Shown: positions 24,879-34,007, counted from the stretch's first letter. The stretch: DNA of 40,954 nt from a virus (IMGVR_UViG_3300026484_000005:1-40954), one strand, 5' to 3'. The notes: generated by a model not told the origin, from the letters alone. Translations and numbers: made by a program.

Positions 24879-27095
24879 CTATTCAGTTATATAAGTAAGA
24901 GATAGGAATAAGTCTGCTGCATCTTCAACAACATCACCCCAATCAACAACAGTGCCAGTAGCAATATCTGTAAACTCACTCAATTCTGTCCCACTTGCTT
25001 CAAATGAGGCTACTATGTAAGAACCTAAAGTATCATTATTGAAGCTTCTAAGTATAGCAGTCCCATAAGCATCTCCTTTTATTGAATAAGGTAATCCTTT
25101 TAGTACAAAATCCCCTGTTAAAAGAGTATCTATATTTAAAGCTCTACACTCAACAGTTACAGTATTTCCATTTTTAGTATAATTTTTACTTGTAATAGAA
25201 CCAAAAACTGTGTCATCTGTTCCATTAGATGGTATAGGTGTCCAAGTACCATCAAAAATAGTTTCACCAATTTTACCAAAGTTATCAAATACTGCAGTAT
25301 CTCCAGCTATTCCTTCAGTTGTACACACCCAACCTATAAAACCAGATGTTGTAGGGCTAGAATAAAAGCCTGTCTCACCTTTCTTATATGTACCTACTGT
25401 AGGAAAATCAGTCCATATACTACAGTTTGTATGTAACTCACAGTCAGTTAAGTTTTGACTAGTTATAATATCTATATACTCTGAAGAGTTTATATTTAAA
25501 ATTGTGTTAACATCATAGTTTAAAACAGAATACATATACATTGTTATGTTGCCTGGAGTATAAGGTCCTATTACCTTGTTACCTGAAACATTAACATTTC
25601 CTATTGGTGAATAATCTCCATTAAGTCTCATAAAATAGTATTTACTTCCTACATAGTCATCATCAAAGTATAAAGTATTGTTTTTTATAGTTGTTGATAC
25701 TTTTGTTAATGTATCATTGCTCTCTAAAGCAGAAAAGTAAATTCCATAACCAGTTGCATCATATCGTGGAGATACTATATTGTTATTCTCTACAACAGAG
25801 CCTTCAGCATAAAATCTAATAGAGTAACTAGCTCTACAATTTACAATCTCATTATCAGAGATAACTAAACCACCTAATATAGCTTCCTCTCCACTATTAC
25901 CTAGGATACCATACCCACCAGAGTTTTTAATATAGTTTCCAACTATCTTAGTGTTATTTACATAAGCTTGTATTCCTACAGTATCATCTTCATAACCAGC
26001 AGTAAAAATAATGTTATTATTTTCAATAAAACTAGACTCATCTCTTACATCTGCACCTTTAATAGTAATAGCTCCACCATAAGCACCTGCATCAATTAGG
26101 TAATTGTCTTTTATGTGAACATTAAAACCTTTTGTGTAAATGGGCTCACATCCTGTTGCTTGTGGTTGAGATGTTCTAATATTAAAAAGTTTGTTATCTC
26201 TTATATATACATTCTTCAGCAGTACAATAATTCCATGAACTTCTGTACCTTCTGTATCACCAGTATATTTAACACCATCTATTATATTGCCTTCAACATA
26301 GGCATCACCAACATCATAAATATCTGTACCTAATTGAATACCACCAGGCTGATGGTCACTAATACAATCTATAAGTTTATTTCTTTTAACAGAAGCTATA
26401 CCTATGTTACTTGATATATAAAAAGGAAATTCTACTAAAGTTGTTTCATTATCCTCAAGAGTAATTCTATTTATGCTATTTACATATCTAATATCAACTA
26501 CTCTATATAAATTACTAAACTTAACACCTACGATACTAAGCATTTCCATACCTAAAGTATCTTGTCTTGTATAAAGTAAACTATCTATTGATGTTCCTGT
26601 AATTGTAGCATCTAACTCTGCCTTTATATTGATATATGTAAGGTCATCAATAACTATCCTCCCACTTAGACAAGTTCCTTTAGATACAGATAATTGCCTT
26701 TTGTTATCTGAACAATATGATAAAGCCTTAGTTAATGCTACTGTATTATCAGTAACTCCATCACTTTTAGCTCCAAACATATTTGTAGTTATGACATCTA
26801 TATCTTGCCTGCACCAACCATCTAAAACTACACCACCATCATTTATGGCTGACTGTGTTGAGTCGTAATGAAATATACCACCTCTATTACTATCTATAAC
26901 ATTACAAGTTAAATACTTAGATGTGTCTAAGGCTAACATATCTTCTATAGTATCAACAACTTTATGTGGTCTTATCCTAGTTACTGGTACAATGCCACTA
27001 AACCTTTCCTGATTTTCACTACCATAACCTAATAGTAAATCTTCCTCTCCAGCTAATTGCTTAACTATTTTTCTAGTTCCTATTGTATCAGCCAT
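24879..27095 (-). CDS. Tailspike / depolymerase with a right-handed beta-helix (pectate-lyase-3-like) domain
   Basis: 'FGAKSDGVTDNTVALTKAL' is the hallmark N-cap of Pectate_lyase_3 domains. Many 'N-N-x-I' / 'GNxI' coil repeats ('VENNNIVS', 'IENNNIIF', 'ISDNEIVN', 'IRDNKLFN'). Confidence 0.8.
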   Translation of the reverse strand: MADTIGTRKIVKQLAGEEDLLLGYGSENQERFSGIVPVTRIRPHKVVDTIEDMLALDTSKYLTCNVIDSNRGGIFHYDSTQSAINDGGVVLDGWCRQDIDVITTNMFGAKSDGVTDNTVALTKALSYCSDNKRQLSVSKGTCLSGRIVIDDLTYINIKAELDATITGTSIDSLLYTRQDTLGMEMLSIVGVKFSNLYRVVDIRYVNSINRITLEDNETTLVEFPFYISSNIGIASVKRNKLIDCISDHQPGGIQLGTDIYDVGDAYVEGNIIDGVKYTGDTEGTEVHGIIVLLKNVYIRDNKLFNIRTSQPQATGCEPIYTKGFNVHIKDNYLIDAGAYGGAITIKGADVRDESSFIENNNIIFTAGYEDDTVGIQAYVNNTKIVGNYIKNSGGYGILGNSGEEAILGGLVISDNEIVNCRASYSIRFYAEGSVVENNNIVSPRYDATGYGIYFSALESNDTLTKVSTTIKNNTLYFDDDYVGSKYYFMRLNGDYSPIGNVNVSGNKVIGPYTPGNITMYMYSVLNYDVNTILNINSSEYIDIITSQNLTDCELHTNCSIWTDFPTVGTYKKGETGFYSSPTTSGFIGWVCTTEGIAGDTAVFDNFGKIGETIFDGTWTPIPSNGTDDTVFGSITSKNYTKNGNTVTVECRALNIDTLLTGDFVLKGLPYSIKGDAYGTAILRSFNNDTLGSYIVASFEASGTELSEFTDIATGTVVDWGDVVEDAADLFLSLTYITE

Positions 27096-27424
27096 TATTT
27101 ATCCTTTGGGTCATATTCTATGTGGAAATGTGAGTTATGAAATACTACATCATAATCATTACCTAGCTTCTCTCTTAGCTCTTGAACTACTTTAGGTTTC
27201 TCACTAGATGAAAAGAACCTATTTCTAAAATCTAATGCCTTACCAAATGGGTGAAGGCTTCCAGGAGAATGAATTAAATCTTTACCATTAAATGCCTCAG
27301 TTCCTGCTGTAATAACTAAGTCGTGACCATACTTAGAATATATAGCTTCTCCTACTTTTAATACTTTTCTCATTGATATATGTAAACCAATAAAAGAAAT
27401 ACTAGTATCTTTTCTTTTTACCAT
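27095..27424 (-). CDS. Endolysin, peptidase M15 family (Zn D-Ala-D-Ala / L-Ala-D-Glu peptidase type)
   Basis: 'SLHPFGKALDF' matches S-x-H-x-x-G-x-A-x-D. 'NSHFHIEY' supplies H-x-H. Confidence 0.8.
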   Translation of the reverse strand: MVKRKDTSISFIGLHISMRKVLKVGEAIYSKYGHDLVITAGTEAFNGKDLIHSPGSLHPFGKALDFRNRFFSSSEKPKVVQELREKLGNDYDVVFHNSHFHIEYDPKDK

Positions 27425-27609
27425 CTTTTACATTCCTTTAACTTTTTATTAAGCTTATATTGATCACTCATCCAGGAGTCTACACTAGAGTTATTTATAT
27501 CTCTAATCTTAGTCAAAACTAACTGAGAAGGCTTAGGATATGAAGGACAAATTATTGAGCTATTACACCCAGAAAATACCAAAATTAAAGCTAATAATAT
27601 TAACTTCAT
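27418..27609 (-). CDS. Outer-membrane lipoprotein, putative o-spanin
   Basis: Signal peptide plus lipobox 'LILVFSGC'. 63 aa, Pro/Cys-containing. Located between the membrane proteins and the endolysin. Confidence 0.5.
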   Translation of the reverse strand: MKLILLALILVFSGCNSSIICPSYPKPSQLVLTKIRDINNSSVDSWMSDQYKLNKKLKECKRW

Positions 27610-27612
27610 CTA

Positions 27613-27801
27613 TTACCAATCCTCCTCATTATATACTTTAGTTTTATCAATAACTTTATTGTCAATATTTTGCCAAGACTCAAGAGTTTTATTGTCTCTT
27701 TTAACATCCTCAAGTTCCTTAGATTTCCTACCAGCAATAAAAATTGCTACTGTAGGAAATAAGTCTTTAAGTAACTTTACTATTACTGTGAGTAAGTTCA
27801 T
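27613..27801 (-). CDS. Small membrane-anchored protein, possible i-spanin
   Basis: ATG at 27801 (the track start at 27825 is a TTG). Hydrophobic N-terminus 'LLTVIVKLLKDLFPTVAIFIAG' followed by a charged tail. Shorter than typical i-spanins. Confidence 0.35.
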   Translation of the reverse strand: MNLLTVIVKLLKDLFPTVAIFIAGRKSKELEDVKRDNKTLESWQNIDNKVIDKTKVYNEEDW

Positions 27802-28153
27802 AATTAGCACCAAACTTCTGGGCAACTTTACGCTTTATCATAAAGTCTAATTCATTAGAGTAGTCAGTAATTATAGACTTATCCATTCTGTTAATATAAT
27901 CTAAAGCTAAATTATGCTTATCTGTAGAGGCTAAGGCCTTTGAGGAACTTGTAGCAAATTCTTTACCTTTAATCTCTGCATAGCTTATAGCATTATCTAT
28001 AATTCTTTCAACTCTATCTCTTTCAAAACCATACTTTTCAAAGTCTATTCTAGACCTAATAAGGTTTTTAACATATCCCCCAATAACAGCAAGTACCCCA
28101 CTTAGGAATAATACTATAATTTGGTATACTAACTCTTGAACTGTTGTTTCCAT
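27767..28153 (-). CDS. Holin-like protein (resembles the LL-H holin family)
   Basis: Single N-terminal TM 'LVYQIIVLFLSGVLAVIGGYV' followed by 'IIDNAISYAEIKGKEF...ALDYI', as in LL-H-type holins. Confidence 0.5.
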   Translation of the reverse strand: METTVQELVYQIIVLFLSGVLAVIGGYVKNLIRSRIDFEKYGFERDRVERIIDNAISYAEIKGKEFATSSSKALASTDKHNLALDYINRMDKSIITDYSNELDFMIKRKVAQKFGANYELTHSNSKVT

Positions 28154-28154
28154 T

Positions 28155-28556
28155 TTAACCCCTTGCTAATATAAATAAAGAACCAACTAATCCCGATACA
28201 AATGTACCAATTAGTGTTCTAACTATCCAAGTTATATTCTTCTCTACTTTATCAATTTTACTAGCTAAGGTTTTATTAGCTTGTATATTTAGTTGTAGAG
28301 GAGTACAACCAACACTTTGAACATCCCTAACATCTTCTATTTTACTATATACTCTGTTAAAACTATCTTTAGTTCTAGTCTCTATATTAGTTATCTTCTC
28401 TAGTATAAGTTCTTGCTTACCCATTGAAGTAACTATTGAGTCCAGTTTAACATTAGAAGTTTTAGCTTCTTCTGTTAAGGTATCAATAGCTTTTGCTACT
28501 GACTTAATAGCTTGGTCGTGTTCATAAATAGTCTCAACCATCTTCTCTTCTGTCAT
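28155..28556 (-). CDS. XhlA-like membrane protein (coiled coil plus C-terminal TM), lysis-associated
   Basis: 'KIDKVEKNITWIVRTLIGTFVSGLVGSLFIL' matches the XhlA pattern (N..W..R..iG....lvG). N-terminal coiled coil. Confidence 0.45.
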   Translation of the reverse strand: MTEEKMVETIYEHDQAIKSVAKAIDTLTEEAKTSNVKLDSIVTSMGKQELILEKITNIETRTKDSFNRVYSKIEDVRDVQSVGCTPLQLNIQANKTLASKIDKVEKNITWIVRTLIGTFVSGLVGSLFILARG

Positions 28557-28569
28557 TAATAACCACTCA

Positions 28570-28821
28570 TTAGTCTATACTTAGATAAGTATCTCTGTGG
28601 CAATAACCATACAGATTACCATCTATATCAACTATGTTAACTAATGTATTACGAGTTAAAACCTTAGCTCTTTTACTGTCAGCTAATGAAATAGGACTCC
28701 TAGGTTTGCTAGAGTCCTGAACTAAGTAAACAGGGCAACCTACCCTATGTTGTAATGTACAGTCTTCTGAGCCTAAATCTACCCATTCACCTGCTGGTAA
28801 ATCAATACTTCTACTTGCCAT
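28570..28821 (-). CDS. Hypothetical virion-module protein (83 aa)
   Basis: ORF coupled to the upstream gene. No motif recognised. Confidence 0.45.
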   Translation of the reverse strand: MASRSIDLPAGEWVDLGSEDCTLQHRVGCPVYLVQDSSKPRSPISLADSKRAKVLTRNTLVNIVDIDGNLYGYCHRDTYLSID

Positions 28822-29591
28822 TAAAAACCTCCTATATATGATACTTCAAATCTTTTACCAGTTGTTACATAGTCTAATGCTTTTTCTTTTATAGCTTCTT
28901 CAAGCTCTCTAGTATAAAAACCTAATTCTTCATTACCTACTGCTCTATTTTGAGTATCCATATCATCTCTAAGAGCTTTACCTACTACATAATATTTAAC
29001 AGCTTTGTCAAAAATCTCATCAATCTCTAGTTGGTCATCAATAGAGCTAATAGTATTAGGTTTTTTCAAATAGTGAATAACAAAAAGGTAAGAGCTTTCT
29101 AGTATTTGAGTCACTGCTCCAAATAAATCAGATACATTAGATGAACCATCCTCTATATCAGTAACTATGCCAAAGTCATCAATAGTAAATGGAGTTCCTG
29201 GTACTGCTAAACTATAACTAGAATCCTCTAAAATAGGATAAACCTGCAACTCTCTAGGGCCTATCTTATCAGTAATAATATATCTGGGTTTACCAACATC
29301 CGTTTCCCAGTGTATATTAATCTTATCCAAGGTTTCTCTTGTAATAAAATCCAGTTTTTCATTATTTACAGTAACTCTAGTTAACAGCATTAAGTCTTCA
29401 GGTAACTCTATAGAGTTTGTATTAGCTGGAATAATCATACTGTAAGTTTTATTTAGAAGTTTAGCATGTCTAACTATGTCTTTTTGAGCTTCATCAACAA
29501 GTCTAAGAAGTCTTGGGTCATCCCACCTATCTCCTGTAGGGTCTGCTAAAGTATCTCTAACCCTAATAAGTATATCTGAAATTCTACTCAT
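28821..29591 (-). CDS. Putative head-tail adaptor / head completion protein
   Basis: N-terminal 'RVRDTLADPTGDRWDDPRLLRLVDEAQKDI' is a pattern I associate with phage adaptor proteins. Lies downstream of the capsid genes. Confidence 0.35.
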   Translation of the reverse strand: MSRISDILIRVRDTLADPTGDRWDDPRLLRLVDEAQKDIVRHAKLLNKTYSMIIPANTNSIELPEDLMLLTRVTVNNEKLDFITRETLDKINIHWETDVGKPRYIITDKIGPRELQVYPILEDSSYSLAVPGTPFTIDDFGIVTDIEDGSSNVSDLFGAVTQILESSYLFVIHYLKKPNTISSIDDQLEIDEIFDKAVKYYVVGKALRDDMDTQNRAVGNEELGFYTRELEEAIKEKALDYVTTGKRFEVSYIGGF

Positions 29592-29626
29592 TTCTTGTTC
29601 CTTTCTTCCAGAGTGGAAGCATCCTT

Positions 29627-29651
29627 AATAAAACCCTTCATAATAGAAGGG
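29627..29651 (-). terminator. Rho-independent terminator-like hairpin (minus strand)
   Basis: Minus-strand RNA would read CCCUUC-UAUUAU-GAAGGG followed by UUUUAUU. It is the middle of three hairpins in a 102-nt spacer. Confidence 0.5.
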
Positions 29652-29693
29652 CTCTATAAAGACACCCTCCTATCAGAGGAGTCAAGTTACTGA

Positions 29694-30086
29694 TTAATCA
29701 GTATATAAACCAGTTGAAAGCTCAGTCTCAATGTACTCAACTACAACTTTTAGGCGTCCTGCATCATCAGGAGCATCTGCACCCGCAACTACAGTAACAC
29801 TACCACCTGTAGGGAAATACCCTTTAGCTTGTGTACCTTCTTGTACTCCTGTAACACCAGTAACAACTTCATCAGCAACAACAGTAGAACCAACTTTAAT
29901 GTCTACAGTATCTGTAGCTTCTCCTGAAGCAGTTAAAACTACTGCATAAGCTCTTGTAACTAATGATGCTTCAGGAAGAGTGAATAATGTGTCATCCATA
30001 GTAGCAGAAGTTGCAACAACACTAGAAGCAAATACACTAAGTTCTTTCTTTTGGTTGTTTTTGTTTTCAAATCTTAAATCAGCCAT
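29694..30086 (-). CDS. Abundant small structural protein (possible capsid decoration protein)
   Basis: Immediately downstream of the MCP and bracketed by hairpins. A/V/T/G-rich, beta-type sequence. Locally higher GC and codon usage similar to the MCP. Confidence 0.4.
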   Translation of the reverse strand: MADLRFENKNNQKKELSVFASSVVATSATMDDTLFTLPEASLVTRAYAVVLTASGEATDTVDIKVGSTVVADEVVTGVTGVQEGTQAKGYFPTGGSVTVVAGADAPDDAGRLKVVVEYIETELSTGLYTD

Positions 30087-30106
30087 AAATTTTCCTTTTC
30101 AAATTA

Positions 30107-30125
30107 AGCGGCAAAAGATGCCGCT
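30107..30125 (-). terminator. Hairpin after the major capsid gene (attenuating terminator)
   Basis: Minus-strand AGCGGC-AUCUUUU-GCCGCU followed by UAAUUUG. It is the most GC-rich stem in this region. Confidence 0.55.
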
Positions 30126-30151
30126 GCAAATACTTTCTTCATCTCAGTAAC

Positions 30152-31282
30152 CTATAGAGGTACATCAATGAAGATTGAACCATAGTTATAACCAGCAACT
30201 TTACCACTTTTGTAGTCTGAATTTTCAGCAACTAATTTAGTTGATTTAGCAGCACACCAAGTTTCAAGACAAGACTCAGAGAATTTACCAAAATCTGTTT
30301 CATCATATTTGTAGTCTGGCATCATACCATTTGCTTTCTGGAATGCTCCAGCACCTAATACAATACCACGAGAAACAGTTGCTGTTCCATTAAAGTTTTC
30401 TGTACCAGTCCAGTTACCATTTGCATCTTTTTGCCTTAAACCAGCAATTTCAACACCAGTGTTGTCATAGTTGTAGTAACCATTTGTCAGAATCTCACCT
30501 TCAGTTTCACCAAAGAATGTTTGAGCTTCAACAATCAAGAATGAACCAATTTTGCCTAGAACACCTTTGATTAAACGGTTGTCATTACCACGAACATCTG
30601 CTGCTTGTAAAACATTACCTGCATTTTTAATGAATTTAGCTTTAATTGCTACATCAATAACAAATAACCATACTGGCTCACCATTTGCAAGTTTGAAAGG
30701 TTTAAGAGGTAAACGCTTAGTAATACCAGCTGGTGTAGTATCAAACCCTGTACCAGTTTTAACTAGTTTTTCAATAGTCATAATACCATCTAAATCAAAT
30801 GTGTGTGCTTCATCTGAACCATCAAAGTTATAACCAAATTCTGCACCTTGTTGAGCTAAGTCAAAGAATGCTTGGTCTTCAGAACGAACCCATAAATCTG
30901 CAAGTTTTGAACGAGAGTCAGAGTGCTCATTAATAGATAAGTCACCAATCTCAATACCATCAAATTTTGTTCCATTGTCAACTACATATCTATAGTCTGC
31001 AACTGTTAAAGTGTCAGAGAATTTTTTCTTTTGTTCACCAGTACCTTTTGCTGTAGTGTTACCTTTAACAGGTTTACCACTTAAGTTACCATCAAAATCA
31101 AAAGTAACTGTATGCCCTTTTGAAGCACTAATATCATTTTCAACTAAAATGATAGAGTCAAATGTTTTACCTTTATAAGGTGCCCAAAATGAAGTTGCAG
31201 ACTTTTGAAAAAGTCCTTCTGCCATCCAAGCTTTTCTTACTAAAGCAGAACCAATATCTACCTTTCCTGTACCATCAGCCAT
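30152..31282 (-). CDS. Major capsid protein (HK97 fold, resembles the N4-gp56 family)
   Basis: 'VRKAWMAEGLFQKSATSFWAPYKG...IILVENDISASKGHTVTFDFDGNLSGKPVKG' matches my memory of the N4-gp56-type capsid N-terminus. Follows the scaffold gene. Uses the CGT Arg codon seen in the other apparently highly expressed gene (34356-34892). Confidence 0.75.
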   Translation of the reverse strand: MADGTGKVDIGSALVRKAWMAEGLFQKSATSFWAPYKGKTFDSIILVENDISASKGHTVTFDFDGNLSGKPVKGNTTAKGTGEQKKKFSDTLTVADYRYVVDNGTKFDGIEIGDLSINEHSDSRSKLADLWVRSEDQAFFDLAQQGAEFGYNFDGSDEAHTFDLDGIMTIEKLVKTGTGFDTTPAGITKRLPLKPFKLANGEPVWLFVIDVAIKAKFIKNAGNVLQAADVRGNDNRLIKGVLGKIGSFLIVEAQTFFGETEGEILTNGYYNYDNTGVEIAGLRQKDANGNWTGTENFNGTATVSRGIVLGAGAFQKANGMMPDYKYDETDFGKFSESCLETWCAAKSTKLVAENSDYKSGKVAGYNYGSIFIDVPL

Positions 31283-31323
31283 ATTTTTCCTTTATACATA
31301 AGTTACATCGTTCATCTAGTTGC

Positions 31324-31965
31324 CTAGAATACGATGTTTTTATAATCTTTAACAATGTCTTTTTGCACTGCACCATCTGTAGGAGTATCATCCCCACCAA
31401 CTTTGTTCAAGTTTGGTTGGTTTAGAGTTTTATTCCCATCACCAATAACCTTAGGAGCTTGTAAGAACTCTGCAACTTCCTCGAGATAAGTTTCAAAGCT
31501 TACTTCTCCTTTTTCAAGCTTTTGAGTAATTCTAGGAGGAACATCATACTGAATAGTTTCATCAGTGATAACTAATTCGGGATGGCTCACATTGAAATCT
31601 GCTAAAACCTGTTTTCGTCTTTCCAGTTCTGCTTGTTGAGCTGCAATTCTTCCAGCCTCATCCAAAGTGTCTTTATGTTTCCTGTGTGCCTCTGTTTCCA
31701 GCTGGTTCATTTTAACTCTCCAAGCATCTGGGTCTTCATATTTCAAGGACTCTAGTTCTTGTTTAGTTTGTTCGTCTAATTCCACCTTAGGTGCTGTAAG
31801 TTTCTCTAGTGCTTCAAGCTTTGCCTTAGCTGCTTTCAGCTCTTGCTGAGATTTTGTATAAGCACTTTGAGTGTCCTTAAACCGTTTTTCAAAGTCTACA
31901 CCCGAACTATTATCTTTAGTTGAGGTAGCATCTGCAGTTTTCTGCTCTGGATTACCTGTTTCCAT
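31324..31965 (-). CDS. Scaffolding protein
   Basis: E/K/Q-rich coiled-coil protein located between the terminase and MCP genes. Confidence 0.65.
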   Translation of the reverse strand: METGNPEQKTADATSTKDNSSGVDFEKRFKDTQSAYTKSQQELKAAKAKLEALEKLTAPKVELDEQTKQELESLKYEDPDAWRVKMNQLETEAHRKHKDTLDEAGRIAAQQAELERRKQVLADFNVSHPELVITDETIQYDVPPRITQKLEKGEVSFETYLEEVAEFLQAPKVIGDGNKTLNQPNLNKVGGDDTPTDGAVQKDIVKDYKNIVF

Positions 31966-31994
31966 ATCTATCCTTTTAATTGAAATTAAATCAT

Positions 31995-32003
31995 ATTATA
32001 ACA
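31995..32003 (-). promoter_or_regulatory. Extended -10 element TGTTATAAT (minus strand) upstream of the scaffold and capsid genes
   Basis: Reverse complement of 31995-32003 is TGTTATAAT. AAAAGGA RBS and ATG 31965 lie downstream. Confidence 0.4.
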
Positions 32004-32025
32004 AAAACAGGCTTAGTTTAAGCTT
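32001..32025 (-). terminator. Weak hairpin plus U-tract overlapping the terL stop codon
   Basis: Minus-strand AAGCUUA-AAC-UAAGCCU (7 bp including one G-U pair) followed by GUUUUUG. Confidence 0.3.
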
Positions 32026-33523
32026 AAATGTCATAACCTAATGATTTTCTTTTAACTTGTTTAGTCTCTCTTACATAAATATCACTTATAGGACTTGATA
32101 GAAGACCCATAGCTATGTACCTTATCATGTCAGCGGTGTGAGAATACTCATCATGAAGAGGAGAGTCTAGATACACTGATAAAGATCTATCAAATTTCTT
32201 TCTATAATTTTGTATTGCACCTACTATAGCTTCACACTTATTAGATATAACTACTGTTTTTAGAAAGCGTCTTGTAGCCTCAATACCATCAAGTAGTCTA
32301 TGCTTCTGAACTAGGACTGGATTGAAGCCCATCTCAACCATAGCATCCCATCTTGTCTGAGCAGCTATAAGTTCTTTTACTGCTACATCATGAGGTACAT
32401 AGGTTACACCAAAGACCCAACCACGTTCCTTACTTAATGCTTTATATATGTCTCTGTAAAAAGCTAGTCCTTGTCCATTATTGTGGTATTCTCCAATTAT
32501 TTTTACTGTTCCATCTGGATGCTGTTGGAAGAAACCTATTGAGAAGGTATCATTCATACCTAAGTCCATTGCAGAGTGAACTAAGAGGTTTGGATCATAA
32601 AGTTCCTGCTCTTGGATGTTCAAAGTCTTATACTCATTAAGGTAATATGTACCCTCTACTGGTACATCAAATGCTGCCTTAGGACTGTATGGATACTCCT
32701 GGTCAAACTTACCACCTAATCTGGATCTTTTTGCTGCTGCCCAGTTCTTTTGCTCTTGGGTTAGAACTATATCTAGGTCTTTCTCTACTTTAGTAAAGTA
32801 CAGCCTATCCTCTTTAGTAGCTTCATAGTACTCTGCCATACTACAGTCAGGGTCATCTGTCCAACTAAGGAAAATAGGATAAAAGTCTAGTGGTGTAAGA
32901 CCTTCCTCACCTACAAGTTTTAGTCTTAACTCTGCTCTCTGCCACATTTCATAGAACAAACCTCCCTTACCTTCTGCTGTTGACTCTATACTTATTGAGG
33001 AGTTAGTACTTACTGCCTCAAATGCACCAGTGTTTAACTCCTCAGCCTTTTCTGGAAACTTTTTAGCTATTTTAGCTAACTCTGATACATGTAAACTAGA
33101 CAATGTATCACCACGGAAGTTACCTATCTTAAGTGTTGAACCATTATTAAACTTAAAACCCTCACTATTAGCTACAACTAACTTTATACCTAAGGACTTT
33201 TTTATTGTAGGGTCAAAGTGCTCCCACATAAATAGTGCCTTAGCATATAGTTTCTTTGACTCACTCAGACCATAACTCTGGATACCATTCTGTGAGTTAG
33301 CCTCAAATATACAGCGGTCCAAACCCTCTGCTACTTTGTATGTAGAAATCCCCTGCTGTCTAGACTTCAGTGTTATAGTCTTAGGATGCTTAACCTTAAA
33401 TAGAACTGTTTGAGCATAGTTCATTTTAAGTATACCCACATTGTCTTCTTTATCAACTATTGTGTATAAGTTATCAAGCCTCCAATGCTTATTAGCTAGA
33501 AATACTGCAAGTTGCTTAAGCAT
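32024..33523 (-). CDS. terL: Terminase large subunit
   Basis: Walker A-like 'LKSRQQGISTY'. C-terminal nuclease region 'HDEYSHTADMIRY'. 499 aa, at the head of the late operon. Confidence 0.85.
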   Translation of the reverse strand: MLKQLAVFLANKHWRLDNLYTIVDKEDNVGILKMNYAQTVLFKVKHPKTITLKSRQQGISTYKVAEGLDRCIFEANSQNGIQSYGLSESKKLYAKALFMWEHFDPTIKKSLGIKLVVANSEGFKFNNGSTLKIGNFRGDTLSSLHVSELAKIAKKFPEKAEELNTGAFEAVSTNSSISIESTAEGKGGLFYEMWQRAELRLKLVGEEGLTPLDFYPIFLSWTDDPDCSMAEYYEATKEDRLYFTKVEKDLDIVLTQEQKNWAAAKRSRLGGKFDQEYPYSPKAAFDVPVEGTYYLNEYKTLNIQEQELYDPNLLVHSAMDLGMNDTFSIGFFQQHPDGTVKIIGEYHNNGQGLAFYRDIYKALSKERGWVFGVTYVPHDVAVKELIAAQTRWDAMVEMGFNPVLVQKHRLLDGIEATRRFLKTVVISNKCEAIVGAIQNYRKKFDRSLSVYLDSPLHDEYSHTADMIRYIAMGLLSSPISDIYVRETKQVKRKSLGYDI

Positions 33524-33815
33524 CTATATACTTTGGTGGAAGTGTGTACAGATTATCACCTTCCATGTCTTTTCTATACTTCTCTATTAGTTCAATAAGT
33601 GGTTCATCTTCCTCATCAACTAAAAGGTTTCTATCAAGAGAAGCTTCAAGGGATAATCCTGTAGTAACTAAGGTTTTTAGTTCATTAGGCTCAAGGTGTT
33701 GAGCGTTACCATTGGATATAGCATCAGTCAAAAGGTTAAGGGCATGGATCTTGAAAAGGTTTAAGTTCTCAATTATGTCTTGTCTATCAGCTGTGTCTTT
33801 CAAGTGGGCTATCAT
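33516..33815 (-). CDS. Possible small terminase subunit (assigned by position only)
   Basis: 99-aa acidic ORF overlapping terL by 8 nt. No motif recognised. Confidence 0.3.
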   Translation of the reverse strand: MIAHLKDTADRQDIIENLNLFKIHALNLLTDAISNGNAQHLEPNELKTLVTTGLSLEASLDRNLLVDEEDEPLIELIEKYRKDMEGDNLYTLPPKYIDA

Positions 33816-33833
33816 ATAGTGTCCTTTTTATGT

Positions 33834-33841
33834 ATTATAAT
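33834..33841 (-). promoter_or_regulatory. Palindromic ATTATAAT -10-like box upstream of the late operon
   Basis: Reads TATAAT on both strands. On the minus strand it is followed by AAAAAGGA and ATG 33815. No good -35 element. Confidence 0.3.
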
Positions 33842-33922
33842 GAGTTCTTCCTTAAAAATAGCTTAAACTGGGATTTTAGTAGGTTTATTTGGTTTAAAGT
33901 TTGTTATGAGGTATTATAATGG

Positions 33923-33931
33923 TGATATAAT
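33923..33931 (+). promoter_or_regulatory. Extended -10 element TGATATAAT (plus strand)
   Basis: Exact TGnTATAAT in the divergent intergenic region. Confidence 0.35.
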
Positions 33932-33984
33932 AAGGAAAATGGCTCCTAGTAAATATTTTAAAGGGTTCCATTTATATGCACCTT

Positions 33985-34007
33985 CCCCCCCACCCAGGTT
34001 CGGGGGG
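33985..34007. other. Isolated C7 / G6 hairpin
   Basis: CCCCCCC-ACCCAGGTTC-GGGGGG. These are the only long C and G runs I noticed in this AT-rich window. Not followed by a T-tract on either strand. Confidence 0.6.

Noticed and set aside
15544-33275. Plus-strand track ORFs inside the minus-strand late operon: 15544-15768, 16262-16528, 16574-16939, 19926-20114, 20139-20348, 26115-26333, 26629-26868, 27659-27850, 29731-29949, 30552-30833, 31162-31425, 31667-31849, 32437-32640 and 33030-33275.
   Set aside because: All lie opposite well-supported structural genes, and their translations are low-complexity. 29731-29949 is open only because the sense gene is locally GC-rich.
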